Part shown: piece after piece, positions 9,911 to 19,531 of the stretch
How the letters are laid out: each line of letters opens with the position of its first letter
Position numbering within the stretch: position 1 is the first letter of the stretch
Source: Promethearchaeota archaeon
GTDB taxonomy: Archaea > Asgardarchaeota > Lokiarchaeia > Sigyniarchaeales > SOKP01
Reading direction: 5' to 3'
NCBI GenBank assembly: GCA_016840165.1
Contig: JAEOSU010000012.1
Location: forward strand, 1-53,524
Length of the DNA: 53,524 bases
Position numbers and translations under genes: made by a program
The notes under the pieces: model-generated
Databases searched by the model: none
Seen by the model: the letters and a program-made list of their open reading frames with translations, nothing else
What the model was told of the DNA's origin: nothing

Positions 9911-11206
9911 TTAAAGTTTAATCGAAAAGGGAAATTCCTTAAGCTCTTCTATATCGTTGTGATCAGGGTCTTTGAAATTTACCTTGACCTTTATAATATA
10001 ATCCCCCGGTTCAATAGGTTTAACATTAAGTTCCCAATTCATTTCTTCATTCTTTCTTAGGGAATATATCTGCTTTTCGATTGTTCCTCGCATCACTTTT
10101 AATAATTCAGGAAATTCAACTTCAATCTTAACATCCAGTGCCTCTCCTTCACTTTTATTCTGTATTAGAATCTGTAAAGGAAAGCTTTGACCAATAAGTG
10201 GAGGTCTAAGATTCTTTAGAGAAATTTCAAGTGTTGGTAAGGGAGAAGTCAAATTTATATCAATAGCGCTTATTCCGTATACAAAACTTAAATTATTATT
10301 TATAACACATGTGATATGTATTGGACCTATAAATGGTTTGTCCAGTTGAAAGTGTGGTTTTAACACGAACTCAAGCGGGTTATTCTTACCTATATCTATT
10401 TCAATTGGAAAGTTAGGTTTTTTATTAAGGCTTAAGTTATCAGATAACTCAAAGGTTATTTTTGAAAGTTCGAAAGAATTTATTTCAAATCCATAGAAGG
10501 AATTCTTAAATTCTTTCAATAATGAGGAAGTATCAAAATTAATTATTAAATTAACCAGCTCAATAGTTATATATTCTTTTTTATCTAATAACACTTTAGT
10601 GTCTAAAAGTAGTTGAGATTGAACAAGAAGAATTACCTTTTTAAGTAAAGATATTTCTGAGCTCTTAAATGTAAGATTAATAATAAGAGCCTTAACCTTA
10701 TTCAAGTATTCTTGATTTTTATCGCGAAGTGCTATCGTTAGATCGGTAACTAATCGTATTAGGGTACTTTCTTTGAAATAAGCAGTATCTACTTTTTTTT
10801 GAATTCGTTTGAGATAATCTAAACCCTCCTCTTGCCTTCCATTTACAAAAAGACAGAGATAGGATAAAACAGAAAATAGAATGTAATTTTCATTTTTGTC
10901 TTCAGCTTTTTTCAGTTTAGTGATATATTCTATAGAATCCTTATAAATCTGGTTAGCAGCTAAATAATCTTCATGCAATAATGAGGCTTCACCTGCTAGG
11001 CGTAACATCTCTAAAACAGAATTATATTTCTGAGTTTCTATAAAAGCATTTAAACCATTAAGAAAACTGCTTTTTGCTTTTAAATAGTCCTCTTTTTGTA
11101 AAAATTGTGTACCAGCTGCATGATACATCTTACCTGACTTTTTAAATTGACGAGCTTTAAATAGACGTTTTGCTTTTAAGAATAGTTCTTCAGGGTTTTT
11201 TCCCAT
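9911..11206 (-). CDS. Hypothetical protein: N-terminal TPR/SNAP-like helical region, C-terminal Ig-like beta-sandwich domain(s)
   Basis: Helical A-rich repeats at the N-terminus. The C-terminal IGQSFPLQILIQNKSEGEALDVKIEVEFP...KPIEPGDY is Ig-fold-like. Confidence 0.55.
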   Translation of the reverse strand: MGKNPEELFLKAKRLFKARQFKKSGKMYHAAGTQFLQKEDYLKAKSSFLNGLNAFIETQKYNSVLEMLRLAGEASLLHEDYLAANQIYKDSIEYITKLKKAEDKNENYILFSVLSYLCLFVNGRQEEGLDYLKRIQKKVDTAYFKESTLIRLVTDLTIALRDKNQEYLNKVKALIINLTFKSSEISLLKKVILLVQSQLLLDTKVLLDKKEYITIELVNLIINFDTSSLLKEFKNSFYGFEINSFELSKITFELSDNLSLNKKPNFPIEIDIGKNNPLEFVLKPHFQLDKPFIGPIHITCVINNNLSFVYGISAIDINLTSPLPTLEISLKNLRPPLIGQSFPLQILIQNKSEGEALDVKIEVEFPELLKVMRGTIEKQIYSLRKNEEMNWELNVKPIEPGDYIIKVKVNFKDPDHNDIEELKEFPFSIKL

Positions 11207-11313
11207 ATCAAATCACTTTATACTCAATTAAATTTATGAATTAAATTTTACATTAAAAATTAAGCTTAAACTCTAAAGAAAAAGAAAAAAAAAACATAAT
11301 TTTTGATTTTGTT

Positions 11314-11961
11314 TTATAATGCCAATACCATTAATACAAATGCTATAAGAATTAGCGTTCCTCCAAATCCGGTGACTATACCTGAGGCATACATAGATAC
11401 CCAAGTAAAGATGACAAATCCAATTAAAAGTACTAACCACCAAGAATAATCTAAAACTTTAAAATCTACAAGATCAAACAATATCAATAGCAAAATGATG
11501 AGTAGTATTAATCCAAAAACTCCATTGACGATCAAAAGAGCATTACCAGAAAGGAATAGCATAAAACACTCATAGATCGAAAAACCTATACCAACTAGTA
11601 ATACCATTTTTGAAGCTTTATAGGGTTTTTTCTCCATTATTACTTCAATTAAAGCTGCTAATAATAGCAGAATTGCAGGAAAATAGGCGCCTCCGAAAAA
11701 GTAGACAATTAATACTAGTACTATGCCAAATATTAGAATTATCCACCATTGATAAGGAATCTTAACTGGTCCAAAGTCAATCAATTCTAATGAGACAAAA
11801 ATTAAGAATGCAATCACCAAACAGATTATTCCCCAGAGAATATTTAGGGGATTTGCAGCAACACCATAGAAATAATCAATACCTAGAGCGAGTGTATAAA
11901 GCATACCGATAAATACTACTAATTTTGGGGCTGTAATTTTATCAGTTTTAACTTCAGTCAT
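11314..11961 (-). CDS. Integral membrane protein with two-fold internal repeat
   Basis: About 8 hydrophobic segments. The halves share LIDF...YQWWIILIFG / LVDF...YSWWLVLLIG. Confidence 0.75.
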   Translation of the reverse strand: MTEVKTDKITAPKLVVFIGMLYTLALGIDYFYGVAANPLNILWGIICLVIAFLIFVSLELIDFGPVKIPYQWWIILIFGIVLVLIVYFFGGAYFPAILLLLAALIEVIMEKKPYKASKMVLLVGIGFSIYECFMLFLSGNALLIVNGVFGLILLIILLLILFDLVDFKVLDYSWWLVLLIGFVIFTWVSMYASGIVTGFGGTLILIAFVLMVLAL

Positions 11962-12104
11962 TATTTTTCACGTTTTTTATTTTATTAATTATAATGATTT
12001 TTAAGTAAAATCATCATTCAACTAGATATTCGCATTTAAAAAGCTTTACAAACTTTTTATTTTATTATTAATAGTATTCTAAATTAAAAATTAAAAAAGA
12101 GATG

Positions 12105-12154
12105 ATAATTTCATTCCGAAACCATTGCTTAATGGTTTGTCATCTTATAACTAT
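12105..12154 (-). promoter_or_regulatory. SECIS-like element in the 3' UTR of hdrA-mvhD
   Basis: mRNA reads AUAGUU-AUAAG-AUGAC-AAACCAUU-AAGC-AAUGGUUU-C-GGAA-UGA-AAUUAU: an AUGAN/KGAW core, a perfect 8-bp upper stem, an AAG apical loop and a 6-bp lower helix. It sits directly downstream of UGA-containing genes. Confidence 0.8.
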
Positions 12155-12170
12155 AGTTTTTTTATAAGAT

Positions 12171-12650
12171 TCATTCTTTCGGTTTAGTTTTTTTATTTTT
12201 TTCTTGGGTTTTACTTTTTTCATTATTTAAAGATATCGATTCTTTCATAGGATTGCTGCCTAATTTTTCAATAATTTTTGAGATACGAGTAACTTCTTCT
12301 TGAAATCTTTGTCCTTCTGCTGCACTACAATGAAACATTTGAATTCTTTCAGGGGAAATCCCCGCTGTTTCTAAAATCCCTTTTGTATATTCTACATTTT
12401 TAGCTGCGATTAAATTTCCCGTCTCATAATCACATTCTCCCTCATATCATCCTGCTACTATTACTCCATCAGCACCTTTACCAATTGCTCGCATCATTAA
12501 GCTAGGAGTCACACGTCCAGTACAGTTTATTCTAATAGGTCTTATCGTTGCGGGGTATTGGGCGCGAATTGTACCCGCCATGTCACCCGCTCCATAGCCT
12601 CATTTCCAACACATAAAGGCTATAACTTTTATACCATTATTAGTTGACAT
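12171..12650 (-). CDS. mvhD: Hydrogenase/heterodisulfide reductase-linked [2Fe-2S] subunit MvhD/VhuD, selenoprotein with 2 Sec (159 aa)
   Basis: Manual translation: MSTNNGIKVIAFMCWK-U-GYGAGDMAG...RINCTGRV...GADGVIVAG-U-YEGECDYETGN...ERIQMFHCSAAEG. In-frame TGA at 12600-12602 and 12447-12449 occupy conserved Cys positions. Missing from the ORF track. Confidence 0.93.
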
Positions 12651-12663
12651 CTAATTAACCTCC

Positions 12664-14634
12664 TTAAATCTCTTCTAATATAGCATCTATTTGCTTTTCA
12701 TATTGCGGTTCACGATAATATCTTAGAGTTATTGCTTCTGATGGACAATTTGCCAAGCATGATCCACATCCTCTGCATAAAATTTCATTTACTTCAGCAC
12801 CATCGGGAGTTAATGTGATTGCAGTATAGGGACAATTTAATTCACATAAACCACACTTTGCACATTTTTCTTTATCGACAGTCGCACGAATTAGCAGAAT
12901 TCGGTATTTGTCTTTACCCATAAGTCTTGCAAGTGATGATGCTGCAGCTCTTCCTTGCGATATTGATTCAGATATAGACTTTGGACCTTGAGATACTCCT
13001 GCAAGTACGATTCCAGGTATTTTCGTATCGATTGGATTTAATCGGGAATGAAACTCTTTAAAGAACCCATCACGACTGGTTTCTAACTTTAGGATTTTTC
13101 CGATTTTTTCCACTCCAATCGCAGGTACCATCGCACATGATAAGACTATTAAGTCATATTCAAACTCTTTTAAACCCGTGCTGCTCAATGTATTTTGTAA
13201 AATAACTTTTAAATTATGAGTGTCTGGGTCCTCATAAATCTTTGATACATTTGTCCTTACATATTTAATACCTTCTTTTCTTGAAGCGGTAAAATACTCT
13301 TCATAATCTTTTCCCGCAGCTCTGATATCCATGTAAGCTACAGTGATATCAGCATCTGGATAATGTTGTTTAATGAGTTTGGTATTTTTTATAGAAATCA
13401 TACAACAAACGCCAGCACTACAATAGGTTTGCTTATTTAAATCCCTTGAACCGACACATTGAATAAATAGAATTTTATTGGGCTGTTTTCCATCTGATGG
13501 GCGTGCAAGATGCCCCATCGTGGGTCCATTCGGTGCTAATATTCGCTCGAGTTTCATCTGAGTTATAACGTTTGGATATTTGTTATAGCCCAGATAGCCA
13601 GTTTCCGGTTTATATTCATCCCAACCTGTTGCAACAATGATGGAACCGACTTCTAATTCTATAAATTCATCTTTTTGATCAAACTCAATTGCATTAACTT
13701 CACAGACTTGTTGGCATAATCCACATTTGATACACCTATTCATATCAATTTGAGCCATTGAGGGGACAGCTTGGGCAAATGAAAGATATATAGCTTTACG
13801 CGGATTCATCCCTTCGTTAAACTCATCATATCCATAAGCAGGACATACATCAAAGCAGGATCCGCATCCATTACACTCATTATTAACATAACGAGCATTT
13901 TTACGGATCTTTACCTTGAAATTACCTACGAATCCAGATACATCCTCTAGCTCACTATACGTATAAATGTTTAATCCAGGAGTCCTTGCAGCTTCGAGCA
14001 TCACAGGACCGAGAATTCAGATGCTACAATCATCTGTTGGGAATGTTCGATCAAGCATCGCCATCTTACCGCCAATAGTAGGGCTCTTTTCTACAAGATA
14101 TACCTCAAAACCCTCCTCGGCTAAATCAATACTTGCAGATAATCCTGCTACTCCGCCACCGATAATCAATGCTTTTTTGGTAATATCTACTTCTTTTACC
14201 ATGATTTTTTCTAATACAGCAGCACGAGCAACACCCGATCTAATCGCATCTTGGGCCGTTCTCTGAGCTCCAGGTTTATCTTTTCTGTGTACTAAACTCG
14301 AATGTTCTCGAATATTTACAAATTCTAAAAACGACGGATCCAATCCCATACCCTCAAGAACGCTTTTAAAAACAGGTTCATGGGTAATTGGAGTACAGGA
14401 TGCGACTACCAGTCGATTGGCATTAGTTTCTATCATCTTTTCCTTGATAAACTCTGCTCCTGCTTCGGTACATAGACTTATATAATCTAGTGCCTCAACA
14501 ACGTTAGGTAATGATTTTGAAAATTCTGCTAAGGCTTTTGTATCTATTATTTCAGCAATATTTATACCTCACTGACAGACAGCAACAAATATTCGTATAT
14601 CTTCGACATCTTTAGCAACTTTTGCTTCTACCAT
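12664..14634 (-). CDS. hdrA: Heterodisulfide reductase subunit A, selenoprotein with 2 Sec (656 aa)
   Basis: One continuous frame from ATG 14634: ...IFVAVCQ-U-GINIA (TGA 14569-14571)...GGGVAG...RTFPTDDCSI-U-ILGPVM (TGA 14017-14019)...ferredoxin motifs. This joins track ORFs 14017..14436 and 12664..14004. Confidence 0.95.
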
Positions 14635-14708
14635 TGCATATCAATCCTTTTACTTTCTATTATTTATCCTCCGTTGATTTTTGAAAAATTAAATAATCGA
14701 TTATTGAT

Positions 14709-14758
14709 ATTTTGATTTAAAGTAGTCTCTTCCCAAAAAATTAACTTTAAATCAAAAT
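14709..14758. repeat. Perfect 15-bp inverted repeat (20-nt spacer) upstream of hdrA
   Basis: ATTTTGATTTAAAGT (14709-14723) and ACTTTAAATCAAAAT (14744-14758). Confidence 0.8.
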
Positions 14759-14847
14759 TCTATTATATAATTTTTATATTTTAGATTATTTAAAAAATAA
14801 TTTAAGATTGATTGTTAATTGAAATAACTCGAGAAAAAGTAATAGTT

Positions 14848-15264
14848 ATGTTATTTAGTATACTCCAAATGGGAATGAGTCCTTTAGGTGAGTATGAAGA
14901 ACTCATCTTTAGTGCAGTGTTAATTATTGCTGATATCTTCCTATTAAAACTTGGTTTAATTCTAACGAAAGCAGAATATCGGACAAAGATAAAATGGGTA
15001 GCGATTAGCTTTCTAATCCAATTTGGAGCGATTTTTTTCATTAGCTCCCCTATGCTTATACTTGGATTTACGGGTGCATTTCATGAAGGTCCTCCTGTTG
15101 GTGCAATCATTTTGGCGATTGTTGGTTCAATCTTTTTAGATCTTAATCTTATTAATGTGATCCATAAAATTGGTTTAACACGATCCGTTATTGTCACTAT
15201 TATAATTTTAATACCGATAATTTTTGCTATGTCATTCTTAATTCCGTACCTTTCAAAGTTATAG
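14848..15264 (+). CDS. Hypothetical membrane protein
   Basis: About 4 hydrophobic helices. ATG at 14848 preferred over the track's TTG at 14812. Confidence 0.7.
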   Translation: MLFSILQMGMSPLGEYEELIFSAVLIIADIFLLKLGLILTKAEYRTKIKWVAISFLIQFGAIFFISSPMLILGFTGAFHEGPPVGAIILAIVGSIFLDLNLINVIHKIGLTRSVIVTIIILIPIIFAMSFLIPYLSKL

Positions 15265-15280
15265 ATTCAACTATACCTTG

Positions 15281-16204
15281 CTAATGATAAATTTGCCGAT
15301 TAATAGCTTGATTCATTTGATATATTTCTTCACGAGCAGCGAGCGCAAATTTATCAGCACTATAGGAAGGATTATTATTATATGCATATATAATGGATCG
15401 CGAAGCATTTACGAGTCCACCTAGACCATTGGGATGGAACCCCCCTTTAATATCTTTTGCTTGGGCTCCTTGATGACCATAACCAGGAATGAGAATAAAG
15501 TTTTTTTCTAAAAGCTTTCTAACAACCTTTAATTCGTTAGGAAAAGTAGCACCTACAACAACGCCTATATTATTGTAATTTGAGAAAGTTTTTAATCTTT
15601 CTGACCATTTCAGTACTAATTTCGCCATCTGAATATAATTACGTTCTAAAATTACACTTTCTAGACGGATCTTCGTTTCTTTTTCATCAACTTCATCAAC
15701 ACGTACACTAAAAAGGTTTTGAAAGTCGTTACTACTTGGATTAGATGTTTTTACCAAAATAAATATGCCTTTTTCTTTATAATTATCAAAGTAAGGCTTT
15801 AAACTGTCATATCCTAAGTATGCATTTAACGTGCACGCATCAGCACCATAGATATTAAATGTAGAATATGCATAAGCGTTCGAAGTAGATCCTATATCAT
15901 TACGTTTTGAATCTAATAAAACGAGCAAATCATTTTTATGGGCAAATTTTATGGTTTCTTTTAGAGCATTTAATGCATCAAATTTTTCATAAAAAGCAAT
16001 CTGAGGTTTGACAATCGGGATTAATTCATGAGTATATTCGATTAATTCTTTATTAAATTCTAAAATGATCTTATTAGGATCCTCATAATCATTAATAAGA
16101 TACTGGGGTATTTCTCCCTCATTACCTATCCTTGGATCAAGACCCATACTTACTACGCTTTGTTTCTCTTTTATCAGTTGAATTAATCGCTCAATAAAGT
16201 ACAT
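15281..16204 (-). CDS. pyrF: Orotidine-5'-phosphate decarboxylase
   Basis: GLDP, KPQIAFYE, DSKRNDIGST, KTSNP, VVGAT, PGYGHQG and SRSIIYA motifs. Probable start at MYFIERL. Confidence 0.95.
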   Translation of the reverse strand: MYFIERLIQLIKEKQSVVSMGLDPRIGNEGEIPQYLINDYEDPNKIILEFNKELIEYTHELIPIVKPQIAFYEKFDALNALKETIKFAHKNDLLVLLDSKRNDIGSTSNAYAYSTFNIYGADACTLNAYLGYDSLKPYFDNYKEKGIFILVKTSNPSSNDFQNLFSVRVDEVDEKETKIRLESVILERNYIQMAKLVLKWSERLKTFSNYNNIGVVVGATFPNELKVVRKLLEKNFILIPGYGHQGAQAKDIKGGFHPNGLGGLVNASRSIIYAYNNNPSYSADKFALAAREEIYQMNQAINRQIYH

Positions 16205-16265
16205 AATCAAAAAAAATTCGTATCTAATATACAATAATTGATTTTAAGTATAATAATTGTTACAC

Positions 16266-16300
16266 ATCGAATGAAAGATTATTCAATTTCAGGAATGATT
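16266..16300 (+). repeat. Direct repeat copy 1 (35 bp), duplicating the 3' end of the ferredoxin gene
   Basis: ATCGAATGAAAGATTATTCAATTTCAGGAATGATT, 32/35 identical to 17055-17089. Confidence 0.85.
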
Positions 16301-16398
16301 ACTCTCTATATCCAATTCAATAAAGGAGTTAAATTAGAAATTGAGGAGAATTAAAATTTCGATTTGAAACCTTATTATCAAACTTTCAAAGTTCAAAT

Positions 16399-17001
16399 CT
16401 AGACCCTTAGCGAGCCACGGAACCCCCTAACGCTATAGAAAGAGGGCGCACTGTTATGATACACGAAGACATGGCCGTAGCGACGATCAGCAAAGATGGC
16501 ACCGCCGAGTTTTCTAATATCAGAAGGAGTTTTCACCCAGCTCGACGTCTTCATATCGAAATTTCCAATTTTCTGCAACTCTCGATATTGTTCTTCCGTT
16601 AAAATCTCAATGCCCATTGCAGCTGCCATATCAATAGCATTACCTTCTGGATGCACCCCTTTCTTTTCCCTCACCTCCTGCCCTTCACGGTCGTAACAAA
16701 CATTTTTGCGGTCTTTAGGAGTTTCCGCTGAACAATCATAAAAAATGTATTCACCCTTTTTTTCATCATGACCTATAACATCCGGTTCACCCCCAGTTCT
16801 TTCCATTTCATTTAGTGTCCATAGTTTTTCTGTATTTGATTCCAGCTTTGCTTGTATCTTAGCCCATTCAAGACCTTTATGGCGATTCATGTTTTTCTCA
16901 AAACGGGCTTTCAATGTTCTGAGTAGTTCCTCATGTTCTTCTTGTGACAAGTCTTTTTTGAATGTAGTAATTGATGGCTTACGCATAATCAAAGTATTCA
17001 T
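16399..17001 (-). CDS. DUF4256-like protein
   Basis: LKARFEKNMNRH...MERTGGEPDV...CYDRE...KTSSWVKTP..IRKLGGA.F.DRRY..VFVYHN.A.S.Y..RGFRGSLRV matches the bacterial family as I recall it. Visibly GC-richer than its flanks. Confidence 0.85.
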   Translation of the reverse strand: MNTLIMRKPSITTFKKDLSQEEHEELLRTLKARFEKNMNRHKGLEWAKIQAKLESNTEKLWTLNEMERTGGEPDVIGHDEKKGEYIFYDCSAETPKDRKNVCYDREGQEVREKKGVHPEGNAIDMAAAMGIEILTEEQYRELQKIGNFDMKTSSWVKTPSDIRKLGGAIFADRRYGHVFVYHNSAPSFYSVRGFRGSLRV

Positions 17002-17054
17002 CCCGAGTTTATAAAATTATTTAAGCATGGAAGGACATTTCCCTTTTATTACCT

Positions 17055-17089
17055 ATCGAATGAAATGTTATTCAATTTCAGGAATAATT
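17055..17089 (+). repeat. Direct repeat copy 2 (35 bp), overlapping the ferredoxin stop codon
   Basis: ATCGAATGAAATGTTATTCAATTTCAGGAATAATT. Confidence 0.85.
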
Positions 17090-17496
17090 GCATTATTTGG
17101 GCAAGTTTTGAAACATTTCAAACATTTGTAACATTCTGAAAGACTGTCTTTTTGAAATGAAATATATTCCTTTCCATCGCTATCTCTCTTTAGTTCAAAG
17201 AGTTTAAGAAAACAGAAGTTGTCCTCCAAACATGCTTTACATAGGCTGCATTTCTCTGGATCAATACTAAATCCCTTGAGTTTTCCCTCTTCAATAGATA
17301 TAACTTCAATCGCTCCATGTTCACACACATCAACACATTTTAAACAACCTTGACATTTATCATAATCCACATACCGAAGGGAATCACGAAAAAATATTGC
17401 TTTTGGAGGACAAGAATAAGAACATTTTTCGCATCGAATGCAAAATTCAGGATTAATACTAATCGGAAATAATTTTTCTTCTTTTATTTCAGGCAT
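17068..17496 (-). CDS. Polyferredoxin (4 x [4Fe-4S] motifs)
   Basis: CIRCEKCSYSCP, CQGCLKCVDVCE, CSLCKAC....C and CYKCLKCFKTCP. Confidence 0.9.
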   Translation of the reverse strand: MPEIKEEKLFPISINPEFCIRCEKCSYSCPPKAIFFRDSLRYVDYDKCQGCLKCVDVCEHGAIEVISIEEGKLKGFSIDPEKCSLCKACLEDNFCFLKLFELKRDSDGKEYISFQKDSLSECYKCLKCFKTCPNNAIIPEIE

Positions 17497-17545
17497 TTCC
17501 TAGCTCCTTGGTGATCATTTAGTAAAAAAAGTTTAGAATAATTAA

Positions 17546-18895
17546 TTAATTTCCATAATCTTCTATAATTTTATAGATTTCATCAATTAATTGTTCCTTA
17601 TTGACTGTGTTCTGTTCTTCGCTAATCATGTTCCTTATAGTTACTTTATTTTTTTCCATTTCATTAGGACCAATAATAAGTGTAATCATGTTGCCAAGTT
17701 CATTAGCTTTCTTTAATTGATTTTTTAAATTACTAAATCGATAATCGACTATACAAGCAAAGTCTTCCTTACGTATCATTTGTGCTATTTCAAGTGCATA
17801 CGCACTAACATTTTTGTTTATTCCAGCAATATATATTGTATCAGAATAATCCATCTCTCGAATGTCTTGAGGAATCAATTTATAAGTATCTAAAAATAAA
17901 GAGAGCATAAATACTCCTAAACCAAATCCCATTCCCGAAATCCTTTCATCTGAAAAAAGTGAAAGCAGATCATCATATCTACCCCCTCCAAAAATACTTC
18001 TGGTATTCTTTGTTCCAGTATCATATACTTCAAAAACAATTCCAGTGTAATAGTCAAGTCCCCTAACAACAGCTGAGGAGAAAGTACAATAATCCAAAAG
18101 ATTGGCTTGTTCTAAGAGGTTTTCAAAATCTCGTAGTTCTTTATAACCCTCAGAATCATAGAAGTTCTTAGGGATATTATCAAATTTTTCTAACAATTCT
18201 TCAATTGAACCTGATTTCTTTAATTTCAGAATACCTTGGGTTATATTCCTATCTTGAAAGATTTCGGAGATGTATTTCTCAAATTCTTTCTCTTCCATTT
18301 TTTCAGCCTTGTCGAGTGCTTTATAGACTACAGGTAATTTCTGTTCTGGAACGTTTAACATCAATAGACAAACCGCATCGATGAATCGCCGGTTATTATA
18401 ATAGATCTGGAATTGTTCTGCTGTTGCTCCAAACTTAGTAAAGATATCAACTACAATATTGAAGATTTCCAAATCTCCGTATAAGCTGTCCTCACCCAAT
18501 ATATCAAAATTTATTTGTTTAAATTGTCTTCGGCGGCCTCTTTGAGGACGTTCGTAGCGAAAACAGGTGGGATTAGAAAACCAACGAATTGGTTTTTTTA
18601 ATTCTTGGCTTTTTTTTGCTATCATTCGAGCTAAACTTGGTGTAAGTTCCGGAATTAGGATTAATCGTTCACCTTGCTTTTTTTCCACGATAAATGACTG
18701 CTCATTTACAAGTTCTTCAGAAGATTTTGCAGCAAAGATTTCAATCGGTTCCAATTGAGGACTTTCAAATTCCTCATAACCATAAACTTCTGCTACATCT
18801 CGAATATTATCAATAATCCAATTTTCTTCTCGAAGGTCTGGGGGATAATAATCTTCCATTCCACGGAGAGGATCTTTTGAAAATTTCTTAGACAT
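17546..18895 (-). CDS. hisS: Histidine--tRNA ligase
   Basis: RGMED, PELT, FRYERPQRGR.RQF.Q, VRGLDYYTG and GGGRYD motifs. Confidence 0.97.
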   Translation of the reverse strand: MSKKFSKDPLRGMEDYYPPDLREENWIIDNIRDVAEVYGYEEFESPQLEPIEIFAAKSSEELVNEQSFIVEKKQGERLILIPELTPSLARMIAKKSQELKKPIRWFSNPTCFRYERPQRGRRRQFKQINFDILGEDSLYGDLEIFNIVVDIFTKFGATAEQFQIYYNNRRFIDAVCLLMLNVPEQKLPVVYKALDKAEKMEEKEFEKYISEIFQDRNITQGILKLKKSGSIEELLEKFDNIPKNFYDSEGYKELRDFENLLEQANLLDYCTFSSAVVRGLDYYTGIVFEVYDTGTKNTRSIFGGGRYDDLLSLFSDERISGMGFGLGVFMLSLFLDTYKLIPQDIREMDYSDTIYIAGINKNVSAYALEIAQMIRKEDFACIVDYRFSNLKNQLKKANELGNMITLIIGPNEMEKNKVTIRNMISEEQNTVNKEQLIDEIYKIIEDYGN

Positions 18896-19063
18896 TGTAT
18901 CACACTAAATAAAACGCTTGGTATTTAGTTAAAAAAAGTTCTTAAACAAATATTTTTTTCGCTTTTCTTTTAAATTTTGAACCTATTTTCAATAAAAAAT
19001 GATTAAGAAAAATTTTAACTTCATAGATTAATTAGAAAAAAAATTTTTATAAATAGGAATTAT

Positions 19064-19366
19064 TCAGAAAAGAATTTTCATAGCATCTTGGGCATCCATT
19101 ACAAATTCCGCTACAAAACGATAACCTTCTACGGAGGTATAGAGCGCGTATCTTTTTATTAGCGCTGTCATAGCTTCTGAATACTTTTCATCAGGAAATT
19201 CATAGATTGCATAAGTTTTCCACTGACCATCATCTTTTACAGTAGTAAGATGCTGAATCTTTTTTAGATAATCGGGATAAGGTGGTTTGTCTTTAGAGCT
19301 ATACACCTTTATTAAATCTTTAGCTTTATGCGGAGGATACCATCCAACTGTCATAATTTTTCCCAT
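19064..19366 (-). CDS. Small hypothetical protein
   Basis: 100-aa ORF with typical composition; an SD-like GGTGA lies upstream. Confidence 0.7.
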   Translation of the reverse strand: MGKIMTVGWYPPHKAKDLIKVYSSKDKPPYPDYLKKIQHLTTVKDDGQWKTYAIYEFPDEKYSEAMTALIKRYALYTSVEGYRFVAEFVMDAQDAMKILF

Positions 19367-19531
19367 GAGGATTTCACCTTTTAAACTATTATTAAGGTAA
19401 GATGATTTAATCTAAGATCCTATTTAACGATTTTGTCAATTCCAGAACAAACTATTCAGAACTCCTTATTCAGCAATAAATTTAATTAATTGGATAGTTT
19501 AAATACCTTAAAAATAGAAATATTATAAATC

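Noticed and set aside
11994-12014. Second hairpin (ATGATTTT-TAAGT-AAAATCAT) as an additional SECIS
   Set aside because: It lacks the GA on the 3' side needed for the core, is AT-only, and more likely belongs to the promoter of the downstream membrane protein gene.
12171-14634. hdrA as split genes or a pseudogene, or genome-wide UGA reassignment
   Set aside because: The internal TGAs sit only at conserved Cys positions and a SECIS-like hairpin follows. TGA is a normal stop elsewhere (e.g. 33846, 47178, 51762).
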